DNA of 64,000 nt from Mobula hypostoma (lineage: Eukaryota). A program made the position numbers and the translations under genes. The notes under the pieces were generated by a model, which worked only from the letters and a program-made list of their open reading frames with translations, did no database searches and was not told the origin of the DNA. Position 1 is the first letter of the stretch. Every line of letters begins with the position of its first letter. This document shows, in pieces, positions 62,762-64,000 of this stretch. Location: NCBI RefSeq assembly GCF_963921235.1, contig NC_086123.1:20584001-20648000 (forward strand), read 5' to 3'.

Positions 62762-62797
62762 AGTCCTGACGAAGGGTCTCGGCCTGAAACGTCGGCT
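62762..62797 (+). ncRNA. Minimal hammerhead ribozyme motif (PLE-associated)
   Basis: AGTC CTGACGA AGG GTCTCGG CCT GAAA C GTC GGCT. Confidence 0.68.
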
Positions 62798-64000
62798 GCG
62801 CCTCTTCCTATAGATGCTGCTTGGCCTGCTGCGTTCACCAGCAACTTTGACCTCTGTCATCATCTGTTACTCCCTGCACAACTGCAGCGAGGAGAAGGAG
62901 GTGGAGGCCTTTGACAGTAAACTTCACAAAGCTGTCACTTCAATACTGGCACATAACTTCCTGGCTGTGCTCGGCAACTTTAATGCCCGGGTCGGACTGG
63001 AAGATGTTCCATACTCATACCAAGACTTTATCAACAGAAGTGGACAATATCTAGTTGATTTCATCCAGGAACACAGTCTCATTGCCGCCAACACACAATT
63101 CAAGAAGCGAGCTGGTAAACTGTGGACATATGAAAACCGAGCCTCCATCCACAGGAAACAGCTTGATTACGTCCTCGTAAGAACAAAATGGCATAATTGT
63201 GTGATCAACACAGAAGCCTACAGCACCTTCAACTCGGTCAGTTCTGATCACAGAGTAGTGTCAATGCAAGTGAGACTGAGCCTGCGGCAACCCAAAGCCA
63301 CAGGTCCCAAGGAGAAGATTGACTGGAAGGCATTCTCCTCACAACCTGTTCTTCAAGCTCAGTACACAGTGGAGGTGAGAAATCGCTTCGGCCCACTGGA
63401 AAGGGGGGAGGAAGAGACTGCCACCGACCGCTATCAACAGCTCATAGACGTACACACAGATGCAACAAAGAGTTTGCCTACTGTGAAACGAATCAAGAAC
63501 AGTCGGATCACGAAACATCCTGACGTCGTCTCAGCAAGAGGTGTGGTCAATGCTTGTCATGCCGAACATAGAAGGAGCGAAACAGAAGAGCTAAGAGACA
63601 AGTTCAAGACAGCAAAGAAGAATCTCTTTGCCACCTACAACCAACTGAAGGAAGAGGAACTAGCTGAGAGGATTAGAGAGATAAAAAGCTGCTAATGAAG
63701 ACATGCAGCATGGAGAAGCATGGCGCCTAGTCAATGAGATCAGTAGACGGAAGAAGTCCCCATTAGGTCAAATAAGTGGTAAAACAGCAGAGGACCGTGT
63801 CCTGACATGGTTTACCCACTTGAAGAACTTGTTGGGAAGTCCTCCAACGATCACGGAAGAAGAAGAGGATATACCCACAATACTAACGCAAGTCGACATC
63901 GATGACGGCCCATTCACCATTGAGGAACTGAAGAAGGCCAAATATGCACTCAAACAGGGCAGGAGCGCTGGACCAGATGGGATACCGCCGGATGTCCTGA

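Larger units (their letters stand above)
62382..62850. mobile_element. Penelope-like element fold-back insertion (207-bp inverted arms)
   Basis: Arms 62431-62637 and 62644-62850, 6-nt loop, 1 mismatch; TSD (GA)CCTCTGTCATCA. Confidence 0.9.
62300..64000 (+). mobile_element. RTE/RTEX-like non-LTR retrotransposon (APE endonuclease to pre-RT region), interrupted by a Penelope fold-back
   Basis: ORF 62814..63695 has GNFNARVG, QLDYVL and SDHR. After a +1 shift near 63685 the frame continues to GRSAGPDGIPPDVL. Confidence 0.9.

Noticed and set aside
62304-62914. Mirror-image ORFs on both strands
   Set aside because: Consequence of the palindrome in non-coding pLTR sequence.
57197-64000. RAD9B exon 7
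   Set aside because: No EF..FQ..ITFC.KE-type coding segment found; presumably beyond the window.

Overview
AT-rich, repeat-dense vertebrate genomic DNA. The repeat set (V-SINE/HE1-like SINEs, CR1, Rex/Babar, Penelope-like elements) points to a cartilaginous fish, probably a ray; this is inference. Four spliced genes lie in the same order as on human 12q24: GPN3 (-, coding exons 1-7, last exon not found), FAM216A (+, five exons traced, 3' end uncertain), VPS29 (-, complete, 182 aa) and RAD9B (+, exons 1-6, continues past the window). All exon junctions were checked by hand for GT-AG and phase. Introns and intergenic DNA hold a full-length dead Tc1 transposon, a TSD-flanked 5'-truncated L1, a solo LTR, a hAT remnant, a young RTE-type LINE and many older fragments. 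The most striking non-genic signal is a Penelope-like retroelement family. It carries minimal hammerhead-ribozyme motifs (AGTC-CTGA[C/T]GA-stem-GAAA-C-GTC-GACT) and repeatedly inserts as TSD-flanked fold-back hairpins, including a 207-bp-arm palindrome with one mismatch in RAD9B intron 6. Most short ORFs in the supplied track are repeat-derived or spurious. All protein comparisons are from recall, not database searches.
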